Origin: Hydrolagus affinis
Taxonomy: Eukaryota
DNA: 64,000 bases
Direction: 5' to 3'
Assembly (NCBI GenBank): GCA_012026655.1
Contig: JAAILG010000713.1
Location: 1 to 64,000, forward strand
Within the stretch, counting starts at the first letter, position 1, and each line of letters begins with the position of its first letter. Shown piece after piece: positions 12,872-25,841 of the stretch. The position numbers and the translations under genes were made by a program. The notes below the pieces were generated by a model that did not search any database, was not told the DNA's origin, and saw only the letters and a list, made by a program, of their open reading frames with translations.

Positions 12872-13186
12872 TTGAGACGTCTCACAGCGTTTTACAGAAT
12901 ATACTGTAAAGTGAACTGACTGTATATTGTGTGGCGAAACACAGCAGCCAATTGTGCACAGCAGCGTCCCACAAACAGTGACCAATTTATTATTTTTTTT
13001 GAAGGAATTATTACACTCGGAAAAGTGATCCACCAATCGACTATAAATCGGGTTCCTACTTACTGCTAGGTAAACAGAGGTGTGTGGAGTTAAGAAACTT
13101 GCCCAACGTTTCGCCCCTGCTGAGATTCGAACCCAGGTCTCTCACTGGCTAGGCGAGTGCTCTAACCACTGATCTACAGGACTTCA
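12872..13186 (-). mobile_element. tRNA-derived SINE, long form with extra ~60-bp internal segment
   Basis: The - strand reads gtcctgtagatcagtggttagagcactcgcc...ggttcgaatc...ttgggcaagtttcttaactccacacacctctgtttacctagcagtaagtaggaacc. Confidence 0.85.
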
Positions 13187-13667
13187 CGAGTATTCCTTCT
13201 AATGAATACATCTACTGATGTATTAATAGATGAACCTTGACAATGAGTGTTGGGTGGGCAGGCTTTTCAATTGCAAGGGCAGTCACGACCTAGGCTGATC
13301 TTGCCCTCACCCTATGACCAAACATGTCCACCTAGCCGCGAGGGAGTTGGAACAAAATTGGATTCAGCTTTGGCCATTATCTGTCAGTAAGCTCACGTGT
13401 GGGATGTATTTTCACACGGTTAAAGCATTTACCTTTCCTGCCATTTTCTGCTCATCAGTAAACTGTAACTTTGGGATTTTCATGTATGAATTGTTTTCCT
13501 TGCGGTTCAATTTTGTGCATTCATAAGACGCATAATGCAGAACCATCCAGTTTGATTTGGCAAGCTAGAACCTTAGCTGGACTTGCTGATGTTGCCATAG
13601 GAAACATCAGAAAATACACCGCACAAACATCACAGAGCACAAACGTACAAGTGAGCGAAAAAAAGTT

Positions 13668-13988
13668 AATAATAATAATAATCCTTGCATTTGTCATAGT
13701 GCTTTTCATGTCTTCTAGACGTCTCAAAGCACTTCACAGAATTCACTGTAAAGTGAATTGACTATTTTTATGGGCGAAATGCGGTAGCCAATTGCTCACA
13801 GCAGTGTCGCCCACAAACAGTCATGATTGAAATGACCGATTTTATTATTGTGCTTAATTTTTTGAGGGATTATTATTAGGTGTGTGGAGTAAGTAAACTT
13901 GCCCAAGTTTCACCTTGCCTGGAACTGAACCTGAACCCAGATCTCACTTGCAAGGCAAGTGCTCTAATCACTGAGCTACAGAACTCCA
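13668..13988 (-). mobile_element. tRNA-derived SINE, full length
   Basis: Complete head-body-tail matching the other copies. Confidence 0.88.
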
Positions 13989-16020
13989 CGAGCGCTATTT
14001 CTTAACAAGATTTCTTAATAGGGAATCTGAGTCACACAAAAAGTGGTCTATTTACAGTACTGGGAATTATATCAACCCGTCTCACAGGAACTCCATTCCT
14101 ACACTGAATAGTCAATGAAAATTGTGAAAGAATGGCTGATTAAAGAATTCCTTGGATAAATATTCCAAGCAAAGGCCAGTTGGTTACCTGATCCCTTTCG
14201 GCTCTAAAGTCCTGCTTTATTGTGGGCGGAATTTAATCTGATAGTTTCTAGAAACATGCTGTGTGGGGGAGGCTGGAGGAAGCTGCATTATCAGATAGTG
14301 TCCTCTTTTGGATAAGACGTTAAATTCAAGAGAAAAGTACTGTTGTGATAGGGGGGGTGGGACGGGAATTGGGGGCTCGGGTGGAGGAAGCAGTGATCTG
14401 TGGTATACTTAACAGCAATTAGTTGGCTGTCCAAAAAATAGACAACAATCTTTCTATTCCCCGTTGTTATTGCTACAGGTACAGATTGCCTCTAATACAA
14501 TTGTATAAAGGTGGAGGTTTCAGTCAGATGCTCCCTTGAGGCATCGTTCCTGTACTGTGTGTGTGTGGGCGGTAAATAATGAGTGAGTTGAAGCTGTTGT
14601 TGGACACACCATCAGTTTGTAGACAAGTAGGCAAGTTCCAACTATTGATATTGGCTGCTGAGTGCTGTTCATAAAGGAATCCGACAAAGGCATCAATTGG
14701 ATTATTTTGTTATAAACAGTCGCATATTTAATACTTCGACTGCTACCTCTAGCCAAGTTTAATATACTGTACTTACCTATAAACCCACAGTATCTTTTGA
14801 ACGTCTCATTTGATAGACAAGAGCGTTGTCCAAAATTCGGCGTCATAGTGTCCGTCTACATGTCCAGCCACCTGTATTTTGTGCTAGGAGTTTCATCGAA
14901 AATGCAGGGTTTAATACAGTATCTATAACATCAAGAATGTCTCAAAGCTCTTCACAAAGTCCTTCTGTGAAGCAATAATAATAACACTAATCCTTACATT
15001 CGATACAGTACTTCATCATGTCATCGAGACGTCTCAAAGTGCTTCACAAGGTATACTGTAAAGTGGATTGACTATGTATTTTATGGGCGAAACGTGGCAG
15101 ACAGTTGTGTGCACAGCGGTGTCCCACAAACAGCGATGGGGTGAGTGAACCAATTTAAACGGAAGTACTGGTGAGTGTAGTGACTGGGTATTTTGTCGAC
15201 AGACAAACACGGCAGCTAATTTGCGCGAAACAATGCAAACGCAAACAGCCATGAAGCGGATCAATTTTATCTGGTGATTGTTGACCAGGATGCCAGCCAG
15301 CAGGTTGGGACACTGGTACTATATTGAGAACACTCTGTGCTGTTCTCAATGGTTTCCTTTCCTAAAGACACTGGCTTAACCCAGGTGTCAGCAACCATCT
15401 GCTACCTCACCAATGTGGCTATTCTTCATTCTTCATATAACACAAATGTACAGCAAGGTAGTAGATACCCCAGACTTTTCACCTCCTTCATTATTGAGTA
15501 AAATCAAGTGACCCAATCTGTACCCGTCACCTCTGTTCAAATAGCAGAATTTTTTGCTGCTTGCTGGATATTAATCATTCATTGCAAATTAGATGCTTGT
15601 GTATTGAAGTGTGCTTTGTCTGTGCAGGCGGGAAGGATTAATGCATACAGCCTTAATTCGCTATTTCTCAACTGCAGTTTATTAATTTATGGCTTTTTTT
15701 TACACATATCACAGGCTGCTGACCTGAGAGAAAGCGCACGCGCGAGAGAGAGAGAGAGAGAGAGCACTTAAACGGTTGTACTAATGTTCTGAACTCAATG
15801 GGCAAAGTGAGTTGATGATGATAAAAAATAATCTTTGCATTTGATATAGCACCTGATTGCTTCGTTGAGATGAAAGCGCTTAAGAGGATTTTTACTTTGA
15901 AGCAATGTGACTGTTCGTAAGCAATGTTGGTAAAAAGAGATATCTCAGAGCTAGCTGAGAGACCGAGCAAACAAAGGGGTCCAGTGATTTGCTCCGCCTG
16001 TCAATTTTTTTAGACTCTGA

Positions 16021-16340
16021 ATGATAATAATAATCCTTGCATTTTGATACAGTGCTTTTCACATCTTATCGATGTCTCAGAGCGCTTCACAGAATATATA
16101 ATAAACTGAATTGACTGTTTATTTGTGGGTGAAACACAGCAGCCAATTGTGCACAGCAGCGTCCTATAAACAGTCGTGGAATGAAATGACTAATTTTATT
16201 ATTTTGGGGACGGATTATTATTGGGCATGCGGAGCAAGGAAACTTGCCCAAGGTTTTGCCCTGACTTTTTCTGGATTCGAACACACAGGTCTCACTCTTG
16301 TAAAGGCGAGTGCTCGAAGCACTGAGTCACAGGAGCTCCA
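16021..16340 (-). mobile_element. tRNA-derived SINE, full length
   Basis: Complete head (B box GTTCGAATCC), body and (TTA)n tail. Confidence 0.88.
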
Positions 16341-16764
16341 CAATGGATGTGGCCGCCACTTGGAATCATGAGCTAGGACACATGGAGAAAATCCCTTCGC
16401 CTTTTGTATTGTCCTATGGGCGGGCGGTGGAGGGGGTGGGGAGGGTTCTTAATGTCCAGCTGAACATGTAGCGATGCAGAACACTACCCCATGTGAAAGG
16501 TACTACTGTATATAAATGCAAATTGTTGTTGTTATAGAGTAGGAAGGTTACTGTTTCAGTCGTAGTCTGTGCTGAGGACACTAATCGCAGCAGTGTGGGA
16601 CCCTACAATTCTTTAGGTATTTGTGGCCCCACAGGTAAACATCAGTTGGGGTTTCCAGGCTCCATCGCTATCCAGACACCTCGGGTGGTGACGGGATCAG
16701 GCTGGAGACTCTGATAGCCCTGAGATGGCTTGTCAAGGCTCCTGGAGAAACAATGGCAAGGATG

Positions 16765-16960
16765 TGGTTGAAGCAAACATGCAGCAAAGTATTTAAGAGA
16801 AAACGTGATGCGGACATTGAGGAAGGAAGGAATAGAGTGCCATAGGAGATGGAAATAGGAGGAATGTGGGCTTGTGTGGACTTTAAACAACAGCAAGGAC
16901 TAGTTGGGCAGAATTGTCTGTTTCTGTGGTATATTATTATGTATAACTATGATCATTCTA
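16765..16960 (+). mobile_element. CR1 LINE 3' end, diverged
   Basis: ggttgaagca...tatttaagagaaaacgtgat...gactagttgggcagaattgtctgtttctgtg...ctatgat is a CR1-type terminus. Confidence 0.55.
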
Positions 16961-17987
16961 TGCAACTCTATGTATACAAAGTTTAGTCAAATGGCTTTAG
17001 AGGGTAGGGAAATGTTGAGGGAGAGGGGCAGGGGATTGTCGGGAAACAGGAGCAACCTTAACAGCATCCGCATGAGTGTCTGTGCGCTAAACCCCATGGC
17101 CTTTCCTCCTGGTCATTCAATCCACGCCTGTTTGTGGGACACTGCCGTGCGCAAAATAACTGTATTGTCAATCCGCTTTACAGTATATTGTAATATAGCA
17201 CCTTGAGATGTCTCAACGACGTGATAAGGCACTATGTCAAATGAAAGGATTATTATAGTATCAGAAATATTTGGAAAATAGTCCGAGGTTAGACCAAGGT
17301 CTGCCATCTTTCCCTGATCCTAAATAAGCCTGACAGTATGAAGCTACTTTGCCTTATCAAGGGAAAATAGGCCACAGAAGCCGTCCTTTGCTTGCTGGAA
17401 GGTTTTCACAGGAACAACCAGGTGGGGGTATTTGTATGTGTGTGTGGGAGAGCGGGGGTGGGGGGGCTGGGGGCAAAAATGACTTGTGCAGAAACCAAAG
17501 GTTGTTTTCAAATTGTTGTTTAAAGGCTACACAGTATAAATGCTTCAAACACACTCGTATATCAAGGATCGCTTTGCGCTGGGATGTCGGGTGTCACTGA
17601 GCAAATCAGAATTTACAATCAACACGACTTCTCCCTTAAGAAAGATCTATTAACGCATTCCGGGGTTTTTCCATCCTTAGGGTGTGGGTTACTAATAGAA
17701 GATTAATGGGATAGGCTTGGAGACAAAGGAGTTCAAGGCTGCCTCGGAGTAGCCAGATACTTTTCTTTTACTTCAACAAAAAAAAGAGAGTAATTTAGCA
17801 GCATACAGAACTCGAATGGGAGCAAAGCTAAACATAGATTAAATATGCTCCTAAAAGGGCAACCTATTTTAATTTTGGATGCTGCTCTTCACAATCCACG
17901 CAACGGTCTTCAATGAATCATTTTATTGACAACACAATGAACCCAGAACAACAGAAGAAGGGACAGCAGAACAGAGAAGGCATGCGG

Positions 17988-18130
17988 GTCAGCAGGTCAG
18001 GCAGCATCTATGGAGAAAGGAAAAGCGAATCAACGTTTCGGGTCCAGAAGCCGAAACATTCTGGACCTGAAACGTTGACTCACGTTTCCTTTCGGTTTTT
18101 GTTCCAGATTTGATGTAGTTTGTGTTTTTC
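17988..18130 (+). mobile_element. Penelope-like (PLE) inverted-repeat remnant with degenerate minimal hammerhead
   Basis: tcagcaggtcaggcagcatctatggaga...aacgtttcgggtc / gacctgaaacgttgact...ttccagatt resembles the abundant chondrichthyan PLE palindrome as I recall it. Arms are 18015-18049 and 18059-18093. Confidence 0.65.
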
Positions 18131-19532
18131 TTTAGAGAGGCCATAGGTCTCAAATTTGCATAGGAACAATTTCAAAATAGATACCAGGAAGAGTTTCTGT
18201 TCCAAGAGGGTAATTAACAACTGGAACAGGTAGCCTGCGAAGGGTGGCGATGTGATAAAGGCTATTGTGGCAGTGGGTGGATGATGGCGGGATTGGGAAT
18301 GGGAGGGAAGAGCCTTTGTGACTTCCATTAAAATAGATCACTGTCTCTAACGGAAGCTGCCAGCTGGCGAGGCCGACTTGCAGTTCAGCTCAATAAATCA
18401 GGGTCTAGGCACTTATAACACTTAATTGCATCAATCTGAAATTAACTCTGTACAGTATTAGTCAAGCTGAGCCCCAAGGAAATAAACTGAGGCATTGCTT
18501 TAGCAGAAACACTAAACTCTCATCAATAGGCCCGGTTCTTTAATTACACCATTATTAGAGTTGGTAAGATTTCCCCCCATCCACCACCCCACGCACCCCC
18601 CGCCCACCTCCTGCACGCTGATATTTTATTTTACTGCTTGGCAACAAATAATAATCTCCATTGATATCATCTCTCACTGCCCGTTTAGAATTATTCCAGC
18701 AGTCGAATCAGCCTTGGATGTAAATTGCACATTTATGGGAGCTGTCATGAGGTTGGCTCGCAAAGTGAATGATGTCAGGGATTTGCTGCCCATTGCTGAC
18801 ATACAGCGCCAACGTCAGTGTCTCTCACCGGGGTCAGTCATTGAATGGTTTAGACACCAATCAAAACTGCATCGATTGCATCCTGACAATTCACCTTCAC
18901 CCCTGGTCTCTGTGTTCCTCACTGATTGTAAGGCACCTCACCTCGCTCCTTGCATCAGCCACCAGCAAAGGTTTACTGCCAAATTGAATGAGATGATAAA
19001 ATTAGATGAAATCTCGTGTCACTTTTCGGATCTGTGCTGTAATTTATCTCTCTCGTTTTTGCACCTTCACATGCGCCCGCTTTGTGTTCAGTAAAATAAC
19101 ATTAACGGCAATAATCCTTGCGCTTGATATTGCGCCTTATCACGTCTTTGAGACATCTCAAAGCGCTTCACAGAATACACTGTAAAGTGAATTGATTGCA
19201 TGTTCTGTGGGAGAAATGCGGCAGCCAAATGCGTACAGCAGTGTTCCACAAACAGTTGTGGATTGAGTGACCAAATTTCTTGTGGTGATGAGGATCACCT
19301 AATCTGGTGGATGGTTGAGAGAAACTTCCGATTCTTTTTCAAAAACCGTAATGGGACCTCGGTTTTGCATCACATCCAAAGGCCGAGCCTCCGACAATGC
19401 AGCTCTCACCATTCCCCCCACCCACCACCCCCTCAGCACTGCACTGAAGCACTGCACTGAAGCATTAGCCTAAAATAGGAGCTTGTGGGACTTGAACCCG
19501 TAACCTTTTGACCCAGACGTGAGAGTGTCAAC

Positions 19533-19963
19533 AATGGGAGGGGAAGGCGGGAGACCGATGTCACGGTCAAAGAGGAAGGTCTTAAGAGACTTAATGGAGG
19601 CCAGGGAAGGGATGAGAAGGAGGGATTGTGAGATAGTAATCCAAAGGTTGGGGGTAAAGTGGCTGAAGGCTCGCTCGCCGAGGGCAAAGCAGAAACTCGT
19701 TCCAGGCTTTGGAGAGGAATGGGAGGTTGGAGATGGGGTGGTAGCTGGAGAGTAGGGATGGGTCCAGGGAAGGTTTCTTCAGGATAGCGGTGATGACAGC
19801 TGTTTTTAGGGGGGTGGGAACTGTGCCAGTGGATAGTGAGAGATTGATGATGTTGGTAAGTAGAGTAGCCAGGCGATGGAGCTGGGAGATGAGGAGAGAA
19901 GTGGGGATGAGATTGAGGGAGCAGGTGGTGGGCTTCATTTTGGAGATGACGGAGGTGAGGATA
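19533..19963 (-). mobile_element. L2 LINE fragment, internally deleted (pre-RT segment fused to ORF2 C-terminus)
   Basis: Translation KPTTCSLNLIPT...IINLSLSTGTVPTPLKTAVITAILKKPSLDPSLLSSYHPISNLPFLSK is the L2 ORF2 segment just before the RT core. It is followed directly by GERAFS...PNLW-type C-terminal sequence. Confidence 0.85.
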
Positions 19964-22900
19964 GTATTGCTTTTATGTATAAAATAAAATGAATGCTAAA
20001 TAAAATAACAATAGGTGAGTTGAGAGGTAAATTTTGGTACAGCACAGATGGTAGTTGGAAGTGAAAGCCCATTTAAGAAGAATACCTGTTTTTGAGTGAA
20101 ACGTCCAAAACTGTCTGGAATCCGGTGACCTTGGATTCCCTTTTGTTAGCAATTCCTACACTCACAAAACAACAGGAAGTGTCTTCACAGAAAGCCATCA
20201 CACCATCCCTCAAGAGACTGCCAGGATATCACCATAAGTCAACCGCTGACATAAAGAATGTTGGCAGTGGGACTATCATTTTGGTGATAAACTATGATGG
20301 ATGTTTCTGGCTAGCTTTCTTGTCTCACTGCAATTTGTTCACGCACAGAGCAATACGTTCAAACGCGCCAAGACAGTGGAACAATAGGGCCCAGGTTTCG
20401 AGTTGCAAAGGGCAATTTCAGGACAGACGTCATAAAGTTTTACTTGTTCCAGATGTTAATTAATGAGTGGAACAGGTTGTCAGGAAGGGCGGCTGAGGCC
20501 AGGGCACTGGATGCTATTTTTTTTCAAACGCAACTTGGTGCTGCGTTGGAAGAATGGTAGGGAGGATGATAATAATAATAATAATCATGATCCTTTCTTT
20601 TGATATCCTTGCAGTGCCTTTTCATGTGTTCAGATGAGTTTCTTCAGCCAAATAGACCCTGTGAACTTGTGTACAGAGAGTATTCATTGACGATGCGATA
20701 AGGTGCTGCTTCAAACGCAAGGCATATTTTTATGGTGATGATTATTCTTATTACTGTAAACATGACCAGCACATCGCTCACACAAGGTTTCTGCAACAAA
20801 ACAAATAGCGGATTCATTATACATAAGACCGGCCACACTACGTGCGTAAAATTTACAAAATGCATCGCTGGGCATCAGTGGGAACCCAACCGCACACAAA
20901 CCTCACAAATATAAAGCTCCAAGCCTGTTGTCAGGGGAGCCTCTGTATCCATCCATTGGCTTTTAGTGAGCAACTTCAGAGATCCATCACTTTTTTTATG
21001 CATCAACCATGAATAGTTCATAAACACCTATTAAGCCGCTGTGGAGGGAAAGTTGGGAAGGCCTCAGCTGGTGAGCCTGAGTATCAAAACCCGCACCATC
21101 CCTGCCTGGAGCGAAGGACAGAGTAGGTTGTTTTGGGTTTGTTTTATCCTTTCCAACCTATTGTGTGAAATGGGGAGATATTAATAATTAAAATAATAAT
21201 CTGTTCCCCCCAAAAAACACAATAATAAAATTGGTAATTTCAATCCACGACTGTTTGTGGGACACTGCTGTGCGCAATTGGCTGCCACGATTTGCCCACA
21301 AATATAGAGTCTTCACAGAATACACTTTACAGTATATTCTGTGAAGCGCTTTGGGACGTCGATAAGATGTGAAAAGTACTATATCAAATGAAAGGATTAT
21401 TATTATTATATTTCCAACACAACCATTTTTTATTTCTTCTTCTGCTACTCTTCTCCCTCGACCATTTCTCCTTCCTTCCTGAAAGTGTTTTTGACTCATT
21501 CGATCCCCGCCAGTCCCCCCTCTCCCTTCCTCTCTGTCCCGGCTGATGAAGTAAGAGAGTGACACAGTCCTTCGGACAGTTTGGCACATCTCCCATCAAA
21601 ACGTAGAACATTTTGGATAGACTAATAATTTGGTTTTCCACAGCGAGATCAGCACAGTTTTACGCTGTGGCCCAACTTCAAATATATGGCCTGTGTCATC
21701 ACAAAAAGGCATGAAATCAATAAAGCATAAAACCCAGACCATTATAAGGCAGCTTTCTGTGTTAGCACATTACCCTTTCACTCTGTTCCACTTGATTCAC
21801 TAGTGGATCAGAGAGTATTGTTGCCTCTGAGACCAAATATGATTCTCACTGACAGATGGGCTGACAGTGTTTCCCCCAGCGCCCTTTCACATATCAGAAA
21901 CTGAACTTTTACCTGAGCTGAACTAGGGAGTGCCCCACGCTGACAAAGAGACTACAACAACTTGCTTTATACAGCAAGCCTTCACGCAGCCTCACTTCTC
22001 TTTTCAAGCAGCGCCACGGAATCTTTAATGCTCATCTGAACTGGCAGCCATGGGGGGACCTTGTTCTAATATCTCAACTGCCATCGGTCAAAACTCGATA
22101 GAATTTGCCCCTCGATAGACGGGCAAACTATTCAATCTGAATCCGCTCTGAAGATGGCATAATGGATGGCATAATGGGTAGTGGGGGGGGCAAGAGTGAA
22201 CCCACCAATTTAGTAATAATAATCATCTTGCCATTTGATACAGCTGCTTTATCACGTCGTCGACAGGTCTCAAAGCGCTTCACAGGATACATCGTAAAGT
22301 GGATTAATGGTGTAATTTGTGCATAGCAGTGTCCCAAAAACAATTGTGGATTGAAATGACCAAATTATTATTATTATGTTTTACGGGATTATTAGCCCAG
22401 GAAAGCAATCCGCCAGTTGACTATCAACATCAACATTACTTTTCTAAAGCTGGCCAGCTTTCATTTAAAAAATGACTGTTCTCAGTGGACGTGAAGCCAA
22501 CGGTAGTATAAACTGTGAAAGCAGATGCACAGGTTGGAAAAGTGACAAAAGATGAAGGAGAGGCTTTTACCTAAAAGGTCAGACTTAATGCCACTTGAAT
22601 AACAATGGCACAGAGCTGTTACTCTGGCATTTGGTTAATTGCTGTACATAATATTCCGCCAGCAGAAGGGAATTGGAAACCATCTCGTTATGCGAATCAG
22701 CACTTGGACTGCATGCAAAAGTATTCATATTTTGGCGTAACTTCAATTGTGGTAAATTTGTAAACTGGAATAGGTTTTATAGAAACCGTAGAATTATTCA
22801 GCCTTTCGGCCCATTCACTGTGCGCGTGCTGGCTGGCTGAATGTTGGGAAGAAATTCCACCTGGAAGCTGCGGTATTTATTCTCTTGGCATTCCAGAGCC

Positions 22901-24019
22901 TGCAGAATTTGGCAAATTGTTCAATTGCAGTCTCCATTTTGCAGCCGCTTTTGTTTGAACATGGCTCTTAAAAGAAACAAGCTCATACGTAACTATTAGT
23001 CCTTACGTTTTGCGTGGGGCCTTATCACATCGGGGACACACACGTCGCAAAGCACCTCCCGGGATTTAAATGAATCCGCAAATAACCCGTTTAAAAAAAA
23101 GAGCGTGCTTTTCATGTCGGCGGGAGGATGTCTCAATGTGCTTCAAGGTTACTGTAAAGTGTAGTAACTGTGTGTATTTTGTAGACGAATTCAAGGGCAG
23201 AACCATTTCAGTGCTGGGAGTAACACTGCACAGCCTCTTTACATGAAGATCCCATGACACTACCCCCCCATAAGAGAAGGGAGTTCTTGCACCAAAAATC
23301 ATCCTGATAAATCGTTCGTTCACTGCATGGCTGTTTGTGAGGACGTTGATTGGCTCAAAATGACTGCAGCTTTTGTGAACCCCCCCATCTGCCCTCGCCG
23401 CCCCCCACCCCTCCACCCAAAACAATCCCCAGTCACTACCTTTGAGAATAATTACTGTAAAGTGGTTGGAGATGTTTTGACGTGATCAACCGCTATTTAA
23501 AAAGAAAGGAAGTTCTTTCTTTCTCTCAATAATCCTGACCCAGCTAATCCCTCCAGATTTAAATTCCACTTGTATTTCAAAGCCTATGCCAAACAAGGAA
23601 AGTGTTTGTGAGAGGAGATTTAGCCTTGGACTGCCCCGAATCTGAACCCAACCCCCGAGCCCCATAATTAGATGGCATCACAAGCTTTTGCCCCCTCCCC
23701 ACCCACAAACCATGTGAATGTGGGCCCCATGTACAACCCAAATATTTGGTTCTTGTCATAGCTCGATTGATCAAAAGTGATCCAGTGCATACTTTAATAT
23801 TATTAATACTGATAATAATCTATATTTTTTATATTATACATACAGTATTTTATATACATGCCTTGTCACAACATTGAGATGTATGAAAGTGCTTCACAGG
23901 ATTTCCTGTAAAGTGTATCACTGTATATTTGTAGTCAAACACAGAGGCCCGCCCACTGCACACAGCAAACAGCTATGCAGTGAGTCAGTTTTGGGGGGGG
24001 GGGAGACTGTTGGGCTAAA

Positions 24020-24220
24020 TTTGATGGGATCTTTAACATCCACCTGAACTGACAGAGACGAAGCCTCGGTTTAACCTCTAAGGCGGAGGACGGCATCCCT
24101 GACAATGCGATACCTCCACCACTGCAAGTATTGCCGTCAGCCTAGACTGCGTGAGTGCATCGCCTCGATTTGGGGCTTGAACGCACAGTGTGCTGACTCA
24201 GGGGCAAGGGTGAGCCAATA
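24020..24220 (-). mobile_element. Deu-domain SINE 5' half
   Basis: gggatctttaacatccacctgaac...cctcggtttaacctc...ggggcttgaac...ctgactcaggggcaagggtgagcca is the reverse complement of the head and core at 5658. Confidence 0.7.
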
Positions 24221-25841
24221 ATTGAAAAGGTAACAAAACAGGAACGAAGCGATAATAATACAGAAAGGCCACAACAAACAGAAACGCCCGAAGAGAAGAG
24301 GAAGGAATTTCTTGCAGGCACGGAAAGGCGCAGCAAAAAAAAAGATTGGCATGTAATTCACTGATGAATGTTTAATCGTGAATTAGAGATCATCTTTAAA
24401 TAGGCACTGTACACTGCATCAATGTTTCATGAAGATTTCAGCAGATACCTAATTCAAGCTGACAAAATGTTTGAGACATCTGGGGAGCTGCCACAGAGGC
24501 CCACTCGAACATAGAGCTCGCGTTAGTGGAAGATGCATCAAGACTTTGTGGGGTAAAAACTGCCCAATGCCCAGTGCAATAGGATCGGGAATCGTTACTG
24601 TCATAAAATTAAGAATGAACTCAGGAAAGGTGGACCAATAACAATCTTTGCATTTGATATGCAAAGTGGTTCAGACATCTCAAAACGCTTCACAGAATGT
24701 GCTGTAAAGTGAATCGACTGTATTTTGTGGGCGAAACGTGGCAGCAGTGTCCCCACAAACAGTCGCGGATTGAGTGACCAAATTTATTTTGGGAGGTATT
24801 ATTAACCCCCGGAAATTAATTAAATAGTTAGTCCAGTCCAAATTAATTAGTCCAGTCCAGAAGGTGGACTGGACTAATGCCAAGGTTCATCTCTTTTCCA
24901 ACATCCCTTCAAGTTTTCGCTGCTCTGGTGAATTCATCCTGTTTTCTTCTGAACGATACAATTGATCTGGCCTCAAGAGCCACTTGTTGCACTTCATTTC
25001 TCACCCTAACAACCCTCGGACTGAAGAAATTCCTTCTAATCTGATACCCGGCTTCCCGTTCAGACTAATCTCTCTCTAAAACTTCAAAAGCTATTAGTGC
25101 GTGGAGCTCGCAAATTGTAAAATGTATCTCGCCTAAAATCTTAAGGGTCCTGCTATAAAACAAGTGTGATACGGTGAATTGGTACATGCGTGCCGTGTTT
25201 GTAATGCTCAGTGGAAATTGCTAGCGGGAATCTCAGACCATCTCTCTGTGAAAAGCAAACAGCAGTAGGGCCCGAGTCAAAAGAGCCACACCTCGCAAAC
25301 AAACAAACGCATGGCTGTTGCTCCTGGATCAGGCAACCAGGAACACCATTCGCTTTCAAAAGCAAACAAACTACCTCACAGAGTAACAATGCACGCAGTG
25401 AAGACATGCCATGGAGTACACCTGCATCAACTATGAACCCATTCACCCTCCCTCCCTCCCTCCCCTGAACCGAATTGTCCCAGCTTGGCTCAGGGCTAAC
25501 ATTCTCATCTCTGGAATGGGTTCAAGCATTGGGACTTGGTATCACATCGTCTAAATTGACACACCTCTGGACTGTCCTGCCTCAATCCCAGCAACCTGCC
25601 TTCCCCCACCACTCACCCTACACCCACTGTGCCTGCCTTCAAATCACATTTCAAGTGTTTTTTTCCTCTTGAATCATGCCTTCGGACACCTCTTCTCTCT
25701 TTCCGTCTCGGCTGCACTGCTGTTAATTGAATGATCCTACCCGGGCGTGAAGACTGTTAAATAAATGCAAGTTGTTGTTGTACCAGGCAACAAAAATCCC
25801 CATAGACCATCCCGTGCTCCTCGCTTGCTAAGTTCCCTAAC

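Noticed and set aside
14740-14880. Minus-strand RWAGHV-like (RTE LINE) motif and a strong AG|GTAAGT donor
   Set aside because: The motif needs a frameshift and has no supporting flanking homology or partner exon.
18561-19094. Longest ORF in the window (177 aa)
   Set aside because: TTG start, no recognisable domain, no supporting splice structure. An ORF this long can occur by chance in 64 kb.
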